A stretch of 64,000 nt of DNA, taken from the NCBI GenBank assembly GCA_051745505.1, contig JBNJEC010000001.1, positions 1,324-65,323 of the forward strand. Reading direction: 5' to 3'. This document shows, one piece after another, positions 10,114 through 21,122 of this stretch (positions are counted from its first letter, which is position 1; each line of letters opens with the position of its first letter). The DNA comes from Bacillota bacterium. Its GTDB lineage: Bacteria; Bacillota_I; Bacilli_A; Izemoplasmatales; Izemoplasmataceae. Below the pieces are notes generated by a model that did no database searches, was not told where the DNA came from, and saw nothing but the letters and a program-made list of their open reading frames with translations. The translations under genes were made by a program, and so were the position numbers.

Positions 10114-11508
10114 ATGTTAGAAAAAAGTCTTTTGGAACGCATTCTCAACGAAGCGCTTGAAAGCACTGCTGATTTTGCAGAAGTTTTTGCAGAGACCACG
10201 ATGCAAAATTCACTTACGATGCAAGACAGTGCCATTCAAAACGCAAAGACCAATGAACTCAAGGGCGTAGGCATCAGAATCGCCCAAGGACACAAAAGTG
10301 TTTACGGACATACCAACAAAACCGATGAGAAGAGTCTATTGGATCTTACCAGAGATCTCAAAACCGCTTTTCCCGGTGAAAGAGTTCGAAAAACCATTGC
10401 ACTAGGAGATGTTGAATCCCGGAAAGGGCATTCGGTCAAAGTATATCCAAACGATGTGGATATCTCCGAAAAAGCATCCCTGCTGAAACGTGCCGATAAA
10501 TCTGCCCGTCTATACAGCAAGGATATCAAGCAGGTCAATGTCTCTTACATGGATACCGTTCAAAACGTCACCATCGCAAGCAGTGAAGATATCTATGTAA
10601 AAGACACCAGAGTGCGCACGCGCCTTGGCATCAACAGTGTCGCTTCGAATGAAGAAGACATGCAGCACGGGTTCAACGGTCCAGGCGGGTCATACGGGTT
10701 TGAATTCTATGACCAGATTGATGTCGAAGAAGAAGCCAGAGAAGCTTCAAGAATTGCTGTAACAATGCTTTATGCCGATGAATGCCCAAGCAAGACCATG
10801 CCGGTTGTCATTGACAACGGCTTTGGCGGAGTCATATTCCATGAAGCCTGCGGACACAGTCTGGAAGCCACGTCCGTTGCCAAGAACGCGAGTGTGTTCA
10901 GTGGTAAAAAGGGTGAAAAAATCGGTAGTGATCTGGTGACCGCCATCGATGATGGGACCATTTCAAATGCCTGGGGAAGCGCCAATTATGACGATGAGGG
11001 CCTACCTCAGAAAAGAAGGGTGCTCATCGATAAGGGTGTTTTAACATCATACATGGTTGACCAGCTTAACGGCAAACGCATGAATGAGGCTTCAACCCAT
11101 TCATCAAGAAGACAGTCTTACCGCTTTGCGCCAACCTCGCGCATGAGCAACACCTATATTGACAACGGAGAGTCCACGTTTGACGAGATTATTGAAAATA
11201 CCGAGTATGGGCTTTATGCCAGAAAAATGGGTGGGGGAAGCGTCAACCCATCTACAGGTGACTTCAACTTCTCCGTCATGGAGGGCTATATGATCAGAAA
11301 CGGGAAAATCGCCGAACCCGTAAAAGGCGCGACCTTGGTAGGAACCGGAAAGGACGCTCTTAAAAAAATCGATATGGTCGGCAACAACCTGCTTCGTTCT
11401 CAAGGCATGTGTGGAAGTGCCTCAGGCGCAATCCCTGCAGACGTCGGTCAACCGACCATCAGAATCGCATCCATCACTGTTGGTGGCAGAAAGGAAGATG
11501 CCTCATGA
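10114..11508 (+). CDS. tldD: TldD family metalloprotease
   Basis: HEACGHSLE metal-binding motif, about 464 aa, paired with pmbA. Confidence 0.9.
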   Translation: MLEKSLLERILNEALESTADFAEVFAETTMQNSLTMQDSAIQNAKTNELKGVGIRIAQGHKSVYGHTNKTDEKSLLDLTRDLKTAFPGERVRKTIALGDVESRKGHSVKVYPNDVDISEKASLLKRADKSARLYSKDIKQVNVSYMDTVQNVTIASSEDIYVKDTRVRTRLGINSVASNEEDMQHGFNGPGGSYGFEFYDQIDVEEEAREASRIAVTMLYADECPSKTMPVVIDNGFGGVIFHEACGHSLEATSVAKNASVFSGKKGEKIGSDLVTAIDDGTISNAWGSANYDDEGLPQKRRVLIDKGVLTSYMVDQLNGKRMNEASTHSSRRQSYRFAPTSRMSNTYIDNGESTFDEIIENTEYGLYARKMGGGSVNPSTGDFNFSVMEGYMIRNGKIAEPVKGATLVGTGKDALKKIDMVGNNLLRSQGMCGSASGAIPADVGQPTIRIASITVGGRKEDAS

Positions 11509-12818
11509 ATTTCAAACCACTATTCGAAAAAGCGAAAAACGTTGGCTTTGAAGCCGTTCAGGTAAAATATTCGGAATCAAAGAGCATTGACCTTGAAGTT
11601 TTCAAGGGGGAACTCGACAAACACGAAATATCAGACAGCAAAACCCTGACCATAGAAGGCATTTACGAAGGTAAAATGGGAAAACTCAGCACAGAAAACA
11701 TCGATGAATCACGGTTTGATGACTGGGTTGATATGCTTAAAGCAAGTGCGGAAGCCGTCGAATCGAAAGACCCTGTCGTTATCTATGAAGGCGATGAATC
11801 CTACAAGGACGTTGAAGGTGTCTATAGCGAAGCGCTTGAAACTCTGTCTGTCGAAGCCAAGAAGAAAATCGTCTTTGAACTTGAAGACCGCGTAAGAAAC
11901 GCGGATGAGAGAATTGATATTTCTGAGGCCTTCTACAGTGAATCAAACAAGCATGTTCGCCTTGAAAATTCCAAAGGGTTGAATCTTGAAAAGCGCGTGA
12001 ATCACGCTGTGCTTGGTGCACATGTTGTTGCGAAAAGTGAGGACGATTCACGCTCGGCCTTCGATTACATCCAATCGAATCAACCACAGGACTTCGATAC
12101 TGATGCGTTGATTGAAAATGTTGTTGAAAGGGGCACGAGCATGCTTGGTGCCGCACCAATCGAATCGGGCAAATACGATGTTATCATCGAAAACCGTACC
12201 AGTGCGAGTCTGCTTGGTGCGTTTCTTTCGATGTTCAAGGCTGAAAATGTTCAAAAGGGCCTTTCAAAACTAAAAGGGAAACTGAATGAATCCATCGCGG
12301 CTTCTTCAGTATCACTTACAGAAGATCCCTATATGGCAAAAAGTCCCAAAAGCACTGGGTTTGATGGTGAAGGCGTTGCAACTCACAAGAAAAGCCTCAT
12401 TGACAAAGGGATTCTAAATACCTATATGCACAACTTGAAAACCGCTAAAAAAGACAACGTTCAATCAACGGGGAATGGTTTTGGCGGAGGCATTTCACCA
12501 ACCAATCTGTATATTGAACCAGGCAACAAATCACTTGAAACAATGCTTGAAACCATGGGAAGCGGCCTTTTCATTACTTCGCTTCAGGGACTCCATTCAG
12601 GAACGAGCGCCATTAGTGGTGATTTCTCCTTGCAGGCGAGTGGCTACGTAGTTGAAAACGGCAAACTAGGCAAACCGGTCTCTCTCATTACGCTTTCTTC
12701 GAACTATCTTGAACTTCTCAAGTCGATTGAAACAATCGGTGCCGATCTCAAATTCACTTTCTCCTATCTTGGAAGCCCATCACTTAAAATCAACAAGATG
12801 AGCGTATCAGGAAAATAG
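11505..12818 (+). CDS. pmbA: PmbA/TldE family protease partner
   Basis: MNFKPLFEKAKNVGFEAVQV N-terminus. ATG 11505 overlaps the tldD TGA (ATGA); the track start at 11409 lies inside tldD and was rejected. Confidence 0.88.
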   Translation: MNFKPLFEKAKNVGFEAVQVKYSESKSIDLEVFKGELDKHEISDSKTLTIEGIYEGKMGKLSTENIDESRFDDWVDMLKASAEAVESKDPVVIYEGDESYKDVEGVYSEALETLSVEAKKKIVFELEDRVRNADERIDISEAFYSESNKHVRLENSKGLNLEKRVNHAVLGAHVVAKSEDDSRSAFDYIQSNQPQDFDTDALIENVVERGTSMLGAAPIESGKYDVIIENRTSASLLGAFLSMFKAENVQKGLSKLKGKLNESIAASSVSLTEDPYMAKSPKSTGFDGEGVATHKKSLIDKGILNTYMHNLKTAKKDNVQSTGNGFGGGISPTNLYIEPGNKSLETMLETMGSGLFITSLQGLHSGTSAISGDFSLQASGYVVENGKLGKPVSLITLSSNYLELLKSIETIGADLKFTFSYLGSPSLKINKMSVSGK

Positions 12819-12823
12819 TGATG

Positions 12824-12852
12824 AGCCTTCCTTCACGGGAAGGCTTTTTTTG
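12824..12852 (+). terminator. Rho-independent terminator after pmbA
   Basis: AGCCTTCC-TTCAC-GGGAAGGCT followed by a T7 run. Confidence 0.85.
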
Positions 12853-12885
12853 AAAACGGTAACCTACGATTAAAAGCCTTCTCAG

Positions 12886-12914
12886 TTTACTTTTAAAGCC
12901 CTTTAAGGTATAAT
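12886..12914 (+). promoter_or_regulatory. Sigma-A-type promoter for fba
   Basis: TTTACT, 17-nt spacer, TATAAT. The -10 ends 2 nt before the track ATG at 12917, which argues for the start at 12950. Confidence 0.55.
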
Positions 12915-12949
12915 AAATGTGGTTTAAATTCGATAAGGAGGACAATTAT

Positions 12950-13816
12950 ATGTCTTTAGTTTCAGCAGAAAAAATGCTTAAAAAAGCACGCAAAGAAGGG
13001 TACGGTGTTGGACAGTTCAACATCAACAACCTCGAATGGACAAAAGCGGTACTCAACACGGCGCAGGAAAAGAATTCTCCAGTCATACTTGGTGTCAGTG
13101 AAGGAGCCGGACGCTACATGGGCGGATACAATACCGTCGTCGGCATGGTCAAAGGCATGATAGAAACCTATAATATTACAGTACCGGTTGCGATTCATCT
13201 CGATCATGGATCATTTGAAGGCGCGAAACAGGCCATTGAAGCAGGCTTTACAAGTGTCATGTTCGATGGTTCTCACTATGATATCGAAGAAAACGTGGAC
13301 AAGACTACTGAAATCGTGGCTTACGCCAAAGAACGCGGCTTAAGCGTTGAAGCGGAAGTCGGAAGCATCGGTGGAGAAGAAGACGGTGTCACAGGACAAG
13401 GCGAAGTGGCCGATCCTGAAGAATGCCGCCGCATTGCGAAACTCGGTGTTACCATGCTTGCTGCAGGAATCGGCAACATTCATGGCTCTTACCCTGAAAA
13501 CTGGAAAGGCCTCGACATGGAAGTTCTAGAAGAAGTCGGAAAAACAACTGACAGAATGCCACTCGTACTTCATGGCGGTACGGGGATTCCAGATGACATG
13601 GTCAAAGAAGCCATCGGTTATGGCGTATCTAAAATCAATGTAAACACTGAATGTCAACTTGCATTCACCAAGGCAACCAGAGAGTACTTCGAAGCGGAGA
13701 AGGACAAAGTCGGAAAAGGCTTTGACCCACGTAAAGTGCTTAAACCTGGTCATGATGCGATTTGTGACGTAGTTAGCGAAAAGATGGATTTATTTGGCTC
13801 AACCAATCAGGCCTGA
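12950..13816 (+). CDS. fba: Class II fructose-1,6-bisphosphate aldolase
   Basis: MSLVSAEKMLKKARKEGYGVGQFNINN, HLDHG and LVLHGGTG motifs. AAGGAGG RBS upstream. Confidence 0.95.
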   Translation: MSLVSAEKMLKKARKEGYGVGQFNINNLEWTKAVLNTAQEKNSPVILGVSEGAGRYMGGYNTVVGMVKGMIETYNITVPVAIHLDHGSFEGAKQAIEAGFTSVMFDGSHYDIEENVDKTTEIVAYAKERGLSVEAEVGSIGGEEDGVTGQGEVADPEECRRIAKLGVTMLAAGIGNIHGSYPENWKGLDMEVLEEVGKTTDRMPLVLHGGTGIPDDMVKEAIGYGVSKINVNTECQLAFTKATREYFEAEKDKVGKGFDPRKVLKPGHDAICDVVSEKMDLFGSTNQA

Positions 13817-13829
13817 GGAGAGCGCTTCA

Positions 13830-14414
13830 ATGAATCAATTCAATCTCATACTTAAAGACTACGCCAACTGGAAAATGGACAATGTGGAAATCATTGAACG
13901 TTTTCGTCACAACGATTCCATCATCTATGATCGACTCGAGCCCGTTTATGCGGTACTCAACCACATTTACGACCATGCCTTGGAAGAAGACCTTTCAGAA
14001 GACTTGAAAACCATTTTTCAGGTTGGTCTCAATTACCTACACAGCCAATTTGAAGTAATCAAAGTGTATTATGAAAAACTGTTTGACTCTGACTGTGACC
14101 TTTTTGAAGCGTATGCCCCACTTGTAGGGTATTTGCTGTTCATCTCCGATTTCAGGGCGGATTTGGAAGAGTATGAGGACATGATTGATTTTACTCCGCT
14201 CGATGAAGTGGAAACCATGATAGAAAACATGATTGCTGAAAGAGATGACCGATTCGAGTACGCAGCCAACAAATTGAACCAGACGACCAAGAACATTGTC
14301 GACCAGCTTGATTTCGAATACATTGGTGTCATTGACATCTATGTTGAAATTGCTGAAAATCTAGGCATTAATTTATCCACTGATGAACCTTTTATCGTCG
14401 GTGAAGACATCTAG
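13830..14414 (+). CDS. Hypothetical acidic, probably all-helical protein
   Basis: ORF with a GAGGAG RBS, 13 nt after fba and 23 nt before cysE. I recognised no motif. Confidence 0.6.
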   Translation: MNQFNLILKDYANWKMDNVEIIERFRHNDSIIYDRLEPVYAVLNHIYDHALEEDLSEDLKTIFQVGLNYLHSQFEVIKVYYEKLFDSDCDLFEAYAPLVGYLLFISDFRADLEEYEDMIDFTPLDEVETMIENMIAERDDRFEYAANKLNQTTKNIVDQLDFEYIGVIDIYVEIAENLGINLSTDEPFIVGEDI

Positions 14415-14437
14415 TGTTGAATAAAGAGGTGTAACCC

Positions 14438-15019
14438 ATGGGGCTCATTAGTGATATAAAGACCATTAAACGCAAAGATCCCGCTGCCAGACACTTTCTT
14501 GAGATACTGCTTACTTACAACGGTATGCACGCTGTATGGATCTATCGTTTGACCCATGGCCTTTGGATCATCAAATTGAAACTGATCGCTAGATTCATAG
14601 CAGGTATCGCAAGAGTGCTTACCGGCGTTGAAATCCATCCCGCCGCAAAACTCGGTAAAAACGTGGTTATCGACCACGGTACCGGCGTGGTAATCGGTGA
14701 AACATCGGTTATCGCTGATGACGTGTTGATTTACCACGGCGTCACACTGGGCGGTACGGGCAATGAGGGCTCGACGAAAAGGCATCCTACCATCTGTACA
14801 GGCGCCATGATTGCGGCCGGGGCGAAAATCCTCGGTGACATACACGTAGGCTCTTACAGCAAAGTCGGAGCCAATGCGGTCGTACTCAAGGATGTCCCCG
14901 ATTACGCAACAGCGGTCGGTATCCCGGCAAGAATCATACGAGGCAAGGATTCCGATGAAACCGTATGTTCGCTGGAACTCAAAAAAGAAAAAGAATACAG
15001 GAAGCATTCAGTCAGCTGA
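14438..15019 (+). CDS. cysE: Serine O-acetyltransferase
   Basis: [20 protein letters not shown]-terminus and hexapeptide repeats ([41 protein letters not shown]). Confidence 0.92.
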   Translation: MGLISDIKTIKRKDPAARHFLEILLTYNGMHAVWIYRLTHGLWIIKLKLIARFIAGIARVLTGVEIHPAAKLGKNVVIDHGTGVVIGETSVIADDVLIYHGVTLGGTGNEGSTKRHPTICTGAMIAAGAKILGDIHVGSYSKVGANAVVLKDVPDYATAVGIPARIIRGKDSDETVCSLELKKEKEYRKHSVS

Positions 15020-15033
15020 GTGCTTCTTTTTTT
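15002..15033 (+). terminator. Rho-independent terminator overlapping the cysE 3' end
   Basis: AAGCATTCA-GTCAGC-TGAGTGCTT followed by a T run. Confidence 0.7.
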
Positions 15034-15096
15034 ATGTACAAACCATCAAATAAAAGCAAAAATCAAAGGTTTTTGTAAAAAGTTATAATACAGGTC

Positions 15097-15174
15097 TTGA
15101 AAAACAAAGTAATTTGTAATACAATTTAACTGTAGAAATGAATGGTTGTTCATTTTATGAATACTTATTCACAA
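15097..15174 (+). promoter_or_regulatory. Promoter followed by two adjacent palindromes (candidate operators) upstream of the acyl-CoA dehydrogenase/ETF operon
   Basis: TTGAAA (15097-15102), 17-nt spacer, TACAAT (15120-15125). Then AAATGAA-N6-TTCATTT (15136-15155) and TGAATA-CT-TATTCA within 15155-15174, ending at the RBS. Confidence 0.5.
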
Positions 15175-15187
15175 AGGAGAGGTCAAC

Positions 15188-15607
15188 ATGCAAAAAACCA
15201 AATTGGCTTTAGGCGATTCAGTACAGACAAAGAAACAATTTTCATCACAAGAAGTTGAGCAGTTTTCCAACTTGAGCGGCGATAGGAACCCGCTTCATCT
15301 TGAAGAAAACTATGCGGCGAAAACCATTTTCAAAAAACGTGTGGTCCATGGATCACTCGTCAACAGTCTTTTTTCGAATCTGCTTGGGAACCATCTTCCC
15401 GGAGAAGGGACGATTTACTGTAAACAGGACAGCAAATTTCTAAAACCCGTCTATATCGGTGAGGAGATCACTGCGGTTGTCGAGGTCATTGAAATCGATG
15501 CTGAGAAAAACAGGGTCTTTTTGGATACTTCCGCATACAATCAATCCGGTGAGAAAGTAATTGCCGGTAAAGCCCTTGTGCTTCCACCCAAAGGAATGGT
15601 TTCCTAA
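15188..15607 (+). CDS. MaoC-like (R)-specific enoyl-CoA hydratase (hot-dog fold)
   Basis: SGDRNPLHLEENYA...VVHGSL hydratase motif, 139 aa. Confidence 0.8.
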   Translation: MQKTKLALGDSVQTKKQFSSQEVEQFSNLSGDRNPLHLEENYAAKTIFKKRVVHGSLVNSLFSNLLGNHLPGEGTIYCKQDSKFLKPVYIGEEITAVVEVIEIDAEKNRVFLDTSAYNQSGEKVIAGKALVLPPKGMVS

Positions 15608-16755
15608 TGGAATGGGTAATGAGCGAGAAACATCGACTGTTTGATCAAATGCTCACGGATTTTGTGAAGCACGAGGTCAAACCTATTGCAAAAGATGTCG
15701 ATGAGGAAGAGCGTTTTCCAGAAGAAACCGTGAAAAAAATGGCCGATTACGGACTTATGGGCATTCCTTTTAGTGTAGAAGAAGGCGGCAGCGGGGGTGA
15801 CATGCTTTCTTACATGCTTGCGGTTATGCGTCTTAGTGAAGCGTGTGCCACCACAGGCGTTATCCTGAGTGCCCATACATCTCTTTGTGCATGGCCGATC
15901 AGTCAGTACGGAAGTGACCATCAAAAGGAAAAGTATCTAAAACCCCTTCTTGATGGCACTTGTCTTGGCGCATTTGGTCTTACTGAGCCCGATGCGGGGA
16001 CGGATGCATCGATGCAGAAAACCGTGGCCGTGGACAAGGGGGATCATTATGAGATTACCGGGTCCAAGTTTTTCATTACGAATGCTGGCTACGCGGATAT
16101 TTACGTCATTACCGCACTCACCGACCCGGAGGCCAAAACGAGAGGCATCTCAACGTTCATTCTTGAAAAAGGGATGGAAGGATTCACTATTGGAAAAAAA
16201 GAGATGAAAATGGGCATCAAGGGGTCTTCGACCTGCGAACTCATCATGGACAAGGTCAAAGTACCCAAGGAAAACCTGCTAGGCAAAGAGAACAAGGGGT
16301 TTTCTATCGCCATGAAAACTCTAGACGGTGGTCGGATTGGCATCGCGGCGCAAGCTGTCGGCATTGCCAGAGGTGCCATTGATGAAGCTTATGAGTATGT
16401 CAAAGAACGCAAGCAGTTTGGAAGATCGATAGGCAGTTTTCAAAATACACAATTCACCCTTGCGGATCTTGAAACGAACACTGAAGCCGCTTTGTTGCTT
16501 ACGGTTCAGGCGGCTTTGCTGAAAGACCAGGGCAAACCTTTCTCCAAACAGGCAGCCATGGCCAAACTCCATGCGGCTCAAAACGCCATGAATGTAACCA
16601 CAAGAGCCTTACAGCTCTTTGGAGGGTATGGGTTCACACGTGAGTACGATATTGAAAGAATGATGAGAGACGCCAAAATAACCGAGATTTACGAAGGAAC
16701 CAACGAGGCTCAAAAAATGGTTATCAGCGGTCATATGCGAAAGGAGCGCGGCTAA
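15607..16755 (+). CDS. Acyl-CoA dehydrogenase (short-chain / butyryl-CoA dehydrogenase-like)
   Basis: GLTEPDAGTDAS, FITNAG and EIYEGTNEAQ motifs. The start overlaps the upstream stop (TAATG). Confidence 0.9.
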   Translation: MEWVMSEKHRLFDQMLTDFVKHEVKPIAKDVDEEERFPEETVKKMADYGLMGIPFSVEEGGSGGDMLSYMLAVMRLSEACATTGVILSAHTSLCAWPISQYGSDHQKEKYLKPLLDGTCLGAFGLTEPDAGTDASMQKTVAVDKGDHYEITGSKFFITNAGYADIYVITALTDPEAKTRGISTFILEKGMEGFTIGKKEMKMGIKGSSTCELIMDKVKVPKENLLGKENKGFSIAMKTLDGGRIGIAAQAVGIARGAIDEAYEYVKERKQFGRSIGSFQNTQFTLADLETNTEAALLLTVQAALLKDQGKPFSKQAAMAKLHAAQNAMNVTTRALQLFGGYGFTREYDIERMMRDAKITEIYEGTNEAQKMVISGHMRKERG

Positions 16756-17543
16756 TGAATATCATTGTCTTGGTAAAACAAGTACCGGATACGACTGAAA
16801 TGAATATTGACAAGGAAACGGGCACACTCATAAGAAAAGGGGTCCCAACCATCATCAATCCAGACGATCTTGCCGGCGTAGAAGCGGCTTTGACCCTGAA
16901 AGAAACCTATGGGGGAAGCGTAACCGTGATTTCCATGGGACCCTCTCAGACAGTCTCAATGCTCAAGGAGCTCTATGCAAGAGGGGTCGATGAGTGTAAG
17001 CTCATATCTGACAGAGCCTTCGCAGGCTCTGATACCTGGGCGACTTCCAAAATCCTCTCAACAGCTATCGAATCTATGAATTATGACCTGGTCATTGCCG
17101 GACGACAGGCCATTGACGGCGATACTGCCCAGGTAGGACCACAAGTTGCCGAATTTTTGAATATTCCGCAAATATCTTATGTTGAAGGCATTGACAGTGT
17201 TTCAAATGGGAAAATCGATGTAACAAAAGCCTACGAAACGTATTCAGTAAAACTGAGATGCAAAATGCCATGTCTCATCACGACGCTTAGTGAAATGAAC
17301 AAACCGAGATACATGCATGCAAAACATATCTTCAACATGGATGAAAAGACCGTAAGCATTCTGACCAATGAGGATCTCAAACTCGAAAATGATGTAATCG
17401 GACTTAAGGGTTCTCCCACAAAGGTACACAAAACAGCGGTGAAATCCATTCAAAAAGAAACCCTTAAACTGAGGCTTTCTCCAGAAGAGGCGGCCCAGAA
17501 AATCATTGACACAATTCAAGGTAAGGACGGTGGACACGCGTGA
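16755..17543 (+). CDS. etfB: Electron transfer flavoprotein beta subunit
   Basis: MNIIVLVKQVPD N-terminus and AGRQAIDGDTAQVGP motif. TAATG overlap with the upstream gene. Confidence 0.92.
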   Translation: MNIIVLVKQVPDTTEMNIDKETGTLIRKGVPTIINPDDLAGVEAALTLKETYGGSVTVISMGPSQTVSMLKELYARGVDECKLISDRAFAGSDTWATSKILSTAIESMNYDLVIAGRQAIDGDTAQVGPQVAEFLNIPQISYVEGIDSVSNGKIDVTKAYETYSVKLRCKMPCLITTLSEMNKPRYMHAKHIFNMDEKTVSILTNEDLKLENDVIGLKGSPTKVHKTAVKSIQKETLKLRLSPEEAAQKIIDTIQGKDGGHA

Positions 17544-18544
17544 ACTATCAGGATGGAAAAGATATATTCATTTTCATAGAGCAAAGAAACAACACCCTTC
17601 AGGATGTATCCATCGAATTGATCGGTGAAGCGAGGAAAATTGTGAAATCTAGAGAAATCGAAATGGATGTCGTAGCGGTTCTCCTCGGATTTGACACCGA
17701 TGATTTGGTTCAGGAAATCATTGAATACGGTGTGGACAAGGTAATCGTTGTCGATCAGGCGCATTTAAAAGAATACGACACGCTAAACTACACCAACCCA
17801 TTAGAACAGATCATTGACACGTATCACCCTGAGATTTTTCTTTTCGGTGGAACGGTCATAGGAAGAGATCTGGCACCAAGACTCTCAGCGCGCGTTTTTA
17901 CAGGCCTAACTGCCGACGCGACTCATCTGGCGTTTGACGAATCTGACAAGCTTTCTACCCTTTTGTATGTCACGCGTCCCGCTTTTGGCGGAAACCTGAT
18001 GGCGACCATACTTTGCAGTGAACACAAACCGCAAATGTCAACCATCCGTCCAGGTGTATTTGACAAACCAAAAAAAGACGCCTCTTCTGAAGGCACGGTG
18101 ATAACGTTCAATGAACATTTTCAAAAGGATTCAAGTGTGGAAATCATTGAAAGAGTTGAAAAACACGTTGACATGGTCGCCATCGAAGATGCGAATATCA
18201 TTGTCTCAGCCGGACGGGGTGTAAAGCATTGTCTTCCGTTGATTGAAAGTCTTGCGAGAAAAGTGGGGGGAGAAGTCGGTGCGTCGCGTGCACTCATTGA
18301 TGAAGGGCTTGTAAAGAAACCCCATCAAGTCGGACAAACAGGCAAGAACGTCAAACCTTCGACGTATATCGCTTGTGGCATTTCGGGCGCCATTCAGCAT
18401 ACGGCCGGTATGGAGAAATCAGAAACAATCATCGCAATCAACACCGATGAATCCGCTCCGATATTCAATGTGGCTGACCTCGGTCTGGTCGCGGATGCCA
18501 AAGAAGTCCTTACCCATCTCGAAGCCCGTCTAACACAACAATAA
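17540..18544 (+). CDS. etfA: Electron transfer flavoprotein alpha subunit
   Basis: GTG start overlapping the etfB TGA (GTGA). C-terminal FAD motif YIACGISGAIQHTAGM. Confidence 0.92.
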   Translation: MNYQDGKDIFIFIEQRNNTLQDVSIELIGEARKIVKSREIEMDVVAVLLGFDTDDLVQEIIEYGVDKVIVVDQAHLKEYDTLNYTNPLEQIIDTYHPEIFLFGGTVIGRDLAPRLSARVFTGLTADATHLAFDESDKLSTLLYVTRPAFGGNLMATILCSEHKPQMSTIRPGVFDKPKKDASSEGTVITFNEHFQKDSSVEIIERVEKHVDMVAIEDANIIVSAGRGVKHCLPLIESLARKVGGEVGASRALIDEGLVKKPHQVGQTGKNVKPSTYIACGISGAIQHTAGMEKSETIIAINTDESAPIFNVADLGLVADAKEVLTHLEARLTQQ

Positions 18545-18575
18545 GCCAAACACGGATTGACTCCTGGTTTTATCA

Positions 18576-18616
18576 AAAGAAGACCGCCACTGACTTGAGT
18601 GGCGGTCTTCTGTTTA
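18576..18616. terminator. Bidirectional terminator between etfA (+) and cysK (-)
   Basis: AAGAAGACCGCCAC...GTGGCGGTCTTCT stem flanked by an A run upstream and a T run downstream. Confidence 0.8.
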
Positions 18617-19528
18617 TTCTTTTTTGAATAGGTCTGTGGAAAGGTATCTCTCTGCGTTGCTAGGTGAAACGGTGAGGATTGTGCGTGCTGATTTGCTGGC
18701 TTTTGCGTATTTCAATGCAGCCGCGACGTTGGCGCCGGTTGAAATCCCGACAAAGAGCCCCTCTTCTTTTGCCAGAAGCCGCGCCGTTTCAAAAGCTTCT
18801 TCGTTGGAGACTGTAAGTATGCTCGAATAGAGGTCTGTATTGAGTACGTCAGGCACGAACCCCGCACCGATTCCCTGAATCTTGTGTGGTCCTGGTTTAT
18901 TGCCGGTTAAAATGGCTGAGTCTTCTGGCTCCACAGCTACGATATCAATGCTTTCATAGTGGGCTTTCAGTGTTTCACCGACACCGGTGAGCGTTCCCCC
19001 CGTACCTACGCCTGCGACGAATGCATCCAAAGTTTTGAAATCTTCAATGATTTCAAGCGCAGTGTTTTTCCTGTGGGCGTTTGGATTGTTCGGGTTGTCG
19101 AATTGCATGGGCATGAAATACCCGTGTTTGTTCGCAAGGTCATGCGCAATTGAAATGGATTCCTTCATGCCTTTTTTACCGTCAGTCAAAATCAGTTCTG
19201 CGCCATAGCCTTTAAGTATCTTCCTTCTTTCGATGCTTAAAGTATCCGGCATGGTCACAATGAGATTGTAGCCTTTTGAGGCACACACCAAAGCGAGCCC
19301 GATGCCCGTGTTTCCGCTTGTGGGTTCAATGATGGTGTCTCCGGGCTTGACAAGGCCTTCTTTTTCCGCTTGTTCAATCATTTCCTTTGCAATGCGGTCT
19401 TTGACACTGCCTCCAGGATTGAACCATTCGAGTTTCAGATAGATGTCGCTTTTTATATCTTTGGCGATGCGAGTGAGTTTTACAGTCGGAGTGTTTCCGA
19501 TGGTTTCGTGGATGTGTGAGTAGATCAT
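18614..19528 (-). CDS. cysK: Cysteine synthase A (O-acetylserine sulfhydrylase)
   Basis: [18 protein letters not shown] and [10 protein letters not shown] motifs. ATG 19528 lies 6 nt after AGAAGGG; the track start at 19534 is a TTG. Confidence 0.93.
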   Translation of the reverse strand: MIYSHIHETIGNTPTVKLTRIAKDIKSDIYLKLEWFNPGGSVKDRIAKEMIEQAEKEGLVKPGDTIIEPTSGNTGIGLALVCASKGYNLIVTMPDTLSIERRKILKGYGAELILTDGKKGMKESISIAHDLANKHGYFMPMQFDNPNNPNAHRKNTALEIIEDFKTLDAFVAGVGTGGTLTGVGETLKAHYESIDIVAVEPEDSAILTGNKPGPHKIQGIGAGFVPDVLNTDLYSSILTVSNEEAFETARLLAKEEGLFVGISTGANVAAALKYAKASKSARTILTVSPSNAERYLSTDLFKKE

Positions 19529-19551
19529 ATGCAACCCTTCTTTCTGCTATC

Positions 19552-19581
19552 ATTATAAGGGCATGAAGCAGTTCGTTCCAA
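19552..19581 (-). promoter_or_regulatory. Sigma-A-type promoter for cysK
   Basis: On the minus strand: TTGGAA, 18-nt spacer, TATAAT. Confidence 0.5.
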
Positions 19582-19589
19582 TGATACGG

Positions 19590-19616
19590 CAAAAAAAAGA
19601 CGGCTAAGCCGTCTTT
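19590..19616 (-). terminator. Rho-independent terminator after lysS
   Basis: Minus strand AAGACGGC-TTA-GCCGTCTT followed by a T8 run. Confidence 0.88.
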
Positions 19617-19619
19617 GGG

Positions 19620-21122
<1,503 letters not shown>

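Noticed and set aside
9646-10120. Alternative-frame and antisense ORFs over the rpoE acidic tail
   Set aside because: They are low-complexity Lys- or Phe-rich translations of the GAA/GAG-rich repeat region, produced as artefacts of the acidic-tail coding sequence.
11409-11504. N-terminal extensions of several track ORFs (for example pmbA 11409, tilS 25996, mnmG 35624, malic enzyme 31831, aspA 30620, fba 12917, maf 25974)
   Set aside because: In each case an internal ATG gives the conserved family N-terminus, and most have a good Shine-Dalgarno sequence or an ATGA overlap with the upstream gene. The longer versions run into the upstream gene or a promoter.
14411-15007. 198-aa ORF antisense to cysE
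   Set aside because: It is a shadow of the cysE frame, whose hexapeptide-repeat gene is unambiguous. It has no RBS and an odd, Cys/Arg-rich composition.
15155-15174. Rex operator upstream of the acd/etf operon
   Set aside because: The right half, TTCACAA, matches. However, the half-sites are 6 nt apart rather than the 4 nt of the Rex consensus TTGTGAA-N4-TTCACAA, so I report it only as a generic palindrome.
19529-19619. A T-box or L-box riboswitch associated with lysS or cysK
   Set aside because: lysS starts 12 nt after the upstream gene, so it has no leader. The cysK leader is only about 20-25 nt after its promoter, which is too short for a riboswitch.
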